Shown here one piece after another: positions 59,394 to 64,000 of a stretch of 64,000 bases of DNA; the stretch's first letter is position 1; each line of letters opens with the position of its first letter. The notes beneath the pieces were generated by a model. It did no database searches and had not been told where the DNA came from. It saw nothing but the letters and a program-made list of their open reading frames with translations. The DNA lies in assembly GCF_000150275.1 (NCBI RefSeq), contig NW_002060947.1, positions 2,159,740 to 2,223,739 on the forward strand, given 5' to 3'. Origin of the DNA: Trichoplax adhaerens (Eukaryota; Animalia; Placozoa). The position numbers were made by a program, and so were the translations under genes.

Positions 59394-62280
59394 TTACTCC
59401 CGGGCTTGATAAAATAAAATGTACCCTGCTGCAGAAGATTTATAGGTTTCCGAAGCTAATCCATAGAAATCTTCCATTGCATTAGGTTCTATTTTCTAGT
59501 TGATTAAAAATTTTATGTTAGTGAGATTAAAGGAACTAGAAGCAAACAAAATTTAGTTAAAGGATATATCGATCTTATAACAGTGTAAGCTACTAATATT
59601 AAGAGTGAGATTACAACACTATGGTTGACATTTTTTTCTATACTATAATCTAAACCAAGAGTATGCTTTTACTGCATTACCTCGACAGCATCGTCATCAA
59701 AAAGTAACCAAAATCCATGACTTTTTACAATGCTAATATAATGTCCTCGATTCGGACCGCTGAAGATGTTTTAAAATTATGGTTAATTAAATTAAAATTT
59801 ATAGGTACTAACACAAACTTGAAGCATTTGTTATGATCATCGTCATACCTTCCACAGTGTACGACAACAGCAAATAGATCGTACATTTGATCAGGGTTAG
59901 TGGCATCGTTGGACTATAATAATCCAAAGTAGGCAATGCAAATGCTGATGAGATAAATGTAGTAATCGAAGATCTGGTAGAGTGATGGCAAACTTACCAT
60001 ATTAAATAGCTTTATTTCAAGAGGAAATACAACTCGATAAGATAATTTGGTGTAACGATGAAGATCCTCAACATATTTGAAGCGTTTTAGATGAAGAGCC
60101 AACGTCTTTGGCAACTTCTTCACTCTCATTCTAGTTGATGAATTTTAAGGTAGTGATTTAGAATATAGAGGAGAAGAAAAATGTAAATTTTTCATCATTT
60201 TGTAAAGATTACCGTTTTTCTGCTTCTTGTTTACCACAACATTGTTCGCAATAGTACTTTTGATCACTACGAAGTGTTTCTGTTGAAGAGAAACCCCTAA
60301 AGTATTTTATATGATGGATACGATGAAATTATAACCCTTTTACATGTAAAAAAGTGACTAGAAGTTACTATTTATAAAAAAGCTTACGTACTTCAAACAA
60401 CTAGTTATAGATGTATTTTCTTCCACATCTACCGACAAGTCAAGAAATGATTCATCCTTACAACTCACCTAAAAAACGCCAGAAAAACATTGACCATAAT
60501 TTTTATTATCAGTATATACTGCATATATATATTATATACAACGTAACATCAACATTATGACAATATAAAGCAGGTGATAGCCATCAAATTTAAAGGATAA
60601 TAATGTTATAGATTACATACGCTTTCACAGCACAAACATCTCGTTTCATTTACTAGGATTCCCTCAAATATTTCATGAACCCAGGTTGCGGCTGATTGTG
60701 AATTTGTGTTTTTATTTTCTTCTGATTCTTCATTCTCTGCTGTAATAATAACGTAGACACTTTTATCTTTATTGTACGCATATAGAGTCGGATATATTGT
60801 AAAGACGTCTACATTTTTGATTTTTGGTAACCTTGTAATATATCAGCAATGGTATTTAGAAGGTAGTTTAGAAATTCGTGAGCATCTTGTTGCATGTAAT
60901 TGTCAAATAAATCTATAAAATAATATGAATACAGTTTGTTATTGGTAAATCTGAACTCATATCATAAATATGACGCAGCATCAAGAGTGAAATAAATAGA
61001 AACAGTGATGTCATGATCAAGGCCATTCCTTGTCCGAATAGAATAATATTCTTATCAAGATTTTTACCGTTCTCTTTTCGTAGCTTTGCTATAAATTTCT
61101 TAGGAGCTATAACACCAATTTTACGCCTTTGAGATGAGATATTTTTGAACAAGTCGGCCAAGCACGCTAATAGAGAATCTTTCTTGTTATTGGATTTGTA
61201 CATCAACACTTGTTCGCGAAAAGGGCGACAGAAGTATAACGCTTGCAAGACAGAGTTGCAATAACAAGTATTGCCAAACTGTAATATAAATAGCGAAGTT
61301 GTTGAAATGTTAATGTGGCAGATTAATACAGCCTATGCACTGTCAACCAGTTTAGTATGCCGGGGTAGAATGCAATGCTATACTGTAGAGTTATCGTACT
61401 GTAATTGGGTAGGAAAGTCAGGTGCAGTAAAGCAATCTTGTCTCCTTTAATGCTTGCAGTTATTTAGTTTACAGGGTAATAATGACAGTGAAATATTCTA
61501 GGAGTTTATCAGCGAAAATTAAAAGTTGAAATTTGTATCGTACTGTAGGTCGGATCAAATTATAATAAAATAGGTAGTCCAGTATCACTTTAAACTAGTG
61601 AATTAAGACTAGTAATATCTATCAGTCTTAATCGTCAAGGTAGGCATAAAGGAGGTCAATACTATCTATCGTACTGGGTACACCTATCCATTGGATACTA
61701 ACTTCAGGAATAGGGGAAAATGATTTAACTTTAGTTTATAAACATTACATGTACGTACATTGACCAGTCCAAAGTAGTGCTCATTAGCGGGTAATTCTGT
61801 CCCAATTTCCTTTTCTAATTGCGATGAGTTAGAACCCTGATGGCATCATATGAATAAAAGAAATGAGATAAGAAGGAATAGAATGTAAAACTTGATAACA
61901 ACATAGCAGCATTTCGTTTGTAAGATTAATAAATATTGCATTTTCATTGCCATCCCTTTTAACAGTTTTGATACCGTCACTAGTGTAATTAAAGGCTAAA
62001 TTTAGATGTCGAGTCAACATTGACCGTCATAGCGAGTGATGATGGTGCGAGTAGATCGAGTAAATCATGTTTAAAAAGGTAATAACTCAATCATGATAGT
62101 ACTCTTATTCAGTTAACGTCCTTTCCAAGATTGTACAGTGTCGATCCTACGAGTCTCGCACTCTTTCAACACTTTAACATACTGGTAAGACATCAAAATC
62201 CAATTCTACAGTAGCTTATGTACTCTACTCTACTCTTTTTATCCATTTCTCATTGCTTCAGTTAGAATTCAACTTACCAT
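59394..62280 (-). CDS. USP46: Ubiquitin carboxyl-terminal hydrolase USP12/USP46 family
   Basis: ATG|GTAAGT at 62280-62278, then [26 protein letters not shown]|[22 protein letters not shown] (Cys box), [36 protein letters not shown]...WLLFDDD (His box). Ends [13 protein letters not shown]12 versus USP46 orthology cannot be resolved. Confidence 0.94.
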
Positions 62281-62619
62281 AGTAGCTTGATGAGAAATCG
62301 CGGGGCCAATTGACGCCAAATTTCAATGCCTACTGATATCCTAATTTTGATGTATCGACTTGATCTACTGTACTGTCCCTTTCAATTACCAATTCTCTTG
62401 TCCCAATTGAGAAAGACTTTTGTGGCTATAAATCAAGAGAAAAATAGTCTATTCTAGGCAGATTTAATGCGTTTCTATGTTACTTATCACTATACTAATA
62501 ATGATCAAATGGACAGTAAATCGATGTCTTACTCCATCGGCGAAGAATGAAGCGTCGACAGTACAGTATGAGATAGTCAAAGAGTAGTACAGTACTCGCA
62601 AGCTGTGCCAGCTACCGTA

Positions 62620-63365
62620 ATTAAGGTAGTGTCGGACGTGGACTTGTACAGTACTTCACACTGTGCCGTGTACAGTGTAAAGTACAGTAAGAGCTGACTG
62701 GCAAAGCAAGCAAAATTCATACTGTACTGTACAGTACGTTACTGTACAGTACAGTACATCCAATATACCGTAAAAAGTGAGTGATAACTTCATTTTTGTA
62801 CCAATACTATACTGTATTGTGTACACTAACGTCTGCATTGTACTGTTTTTACGTGACACTGCGTCTTTTTCAAGATTTCGATCACTGTACTGTACTGTAC
62901 AGTACAGCAGTGTACCGTTCACAATACTGTACATTGTAGATCACGATCCAAAATTCCTGCAAATCTGAATGCTATTACTGTACTGTACAGTGTACAGTGT
63001 ACAGTATACTGGAAATATACTGTACTGTATGCTGTAAGGTAGTGTCGGGATGGGGACTTGTACTGTATACTGTACACTCTACAGTAAGAGCTGCCTCGCA
63101 AAGCTTTGCAAAACTCATACAGTACTGTACAATGTACAGTACTGTGTGCATTACATCAAACACACCGTAAAAAGCCAATGATAACTTCATTTTTGTACAA
63201 ATACTGTACTGTACAGTATACTGTACTGCACAGTGTACAGTACACTAATGTCTGCATTGTACAGTACTGCACTATTTTTACGCCACACTGTGTCTTGTTC
63301 AAGATTGCGATCAGTAGTGTACTGTAAATCTCTTCAACCAAAATTCCTGCAAATCCCAATGCTAG
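62620..63365. repeat. Two diverged ~410-bp tandem copies of a TAC[AT]GTA-rich promoter block upstream of USP12/46
   Basis: taaggtagtgtcgg...gacttgtac...cagtaagagctg...caaaa.tcatac...ccgtaaaa...gataacttcatttttgtac...tacactaa.gtctgcattgtac...caagatt.cgatca...ccaaaattcctgcaaatc starts at ~62622 and ~63034. Confidence 0.9.
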
Positions 63366-63490
63366 ATCGCAGAATTTACAGCACTGCACAAGTGTACAGC
63401 ATGTCGTAGTACTTTACACAGTGTCCAAAAATAATCCCAGCGCACAAATTTAAAATTAGTATTGCCCAATTATGCAGTAATTTACAGTTC

Positions 63491-63605
63491 AATGCTAACA
63501 AAAATGGTATCACATTCACTGTATCATACACACGTGATCAGTTTGCCAAGCCAATGCTAACAAAAATGGTATCACATTCTCTGTATCATACACACGTGAT
63601 CAGTT
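63491..63605. repeat. Near-exact 53-bp direct repeat
   Basis: aatgctaacaaaaatggtatcacattc.ctgtatcatacac..gtgatcagtt at 63491 and 63553. Confidence 0.9.
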
Positions 63606-64000
63606 CACCAGTCCCACAAGCCTTTAAGAAACAGACAGACATGGACTACTAAAAAGGTTTTCTTCTTAGTCGTCCATGGCCTAAGGTACTAACTCTAAAG
63701 TATGTCAAGTATAAATAAAGCACTGATATCGAGTACACTGAATATGATCTATTTTTCCTGCAGACAAGGTACTGTAGTCATTCCCCCCAAAATAGCAGAA
63801 AAGAGCATCCGACTGAGGTTGCAATAGTACAGTACTCGGTTATCGCTATCCTCATGGATTTTTCAAGTTGAGTTGAAACAGAGATCAATAAAACGATTTG
63901 CCTATTAGGGCTAGAACAGAAATAAAAAAGTCACGATCAATAATAAATTTGATCCTTAGGCTACACTGACCAGAGATATTCTATTTCTTGATCGATTCGA

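Noticed and set aside
59550-59570. ATATCCTT/GTATCCTT U12-like donors (minus ~59567 and ~42385; plus ~9754)
   Set aside because: They lie inside introns already bounded by good GT-AG sites, or in intergenic DNA, with no matching exon boundary.
62656-63389. Cys/Tyr/Thr/Val-rich ORFs (YCTVQY...), also at 23790, 27927 and 44804
   Set aside because: These are translation artefacts of the TACAG/TACTG arrays, open on both strands.

Overview
AT-rich, intron-dense eukaryotic (animal) genomic DNA. The short introns, compact gene spacing and decayed F-box/LRR-type sequence suggest a placozoan such as Trichoplax; this is an inference. Hand-spliced genes: 3' part of AASDH (+), two single-coding-exon orphan ORFs facing tail-to-tail that share an N-terminal motif, SMC1 (-, about 42 exons), DNAAF6/PIH1D3 (-), an LMO7/LIMCH1-like CH+PDZ gene without a visible LIM domain (+), TSR1 (-), UNC50 (+), a cytosolic alpha-carbonic anhydrase (-), SPCS3 (+) and USP12/46 (-). 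Most notable: (1) dense TAC[AT]GTA/(CTGTACA)n motif clusters largely confined to 5'/divergent promoter regions and apparently oriented with transcription; (2) a minor-spliceosome AT-AC intron in SPCS3; (3) three consecutive long hairpins between the CA and SPCS3 promoters; (4) a fossil LRR gene antisense within LMO7 intron 1; (5) a duplicated candidate first exon of SMC1; (6) the orphan paralog pair, one with a perfect RFX X-box. No CRISPR, rRNA, tRNA or intact transposase was seen. Most short ORFs in the track are exon fragments or noise.
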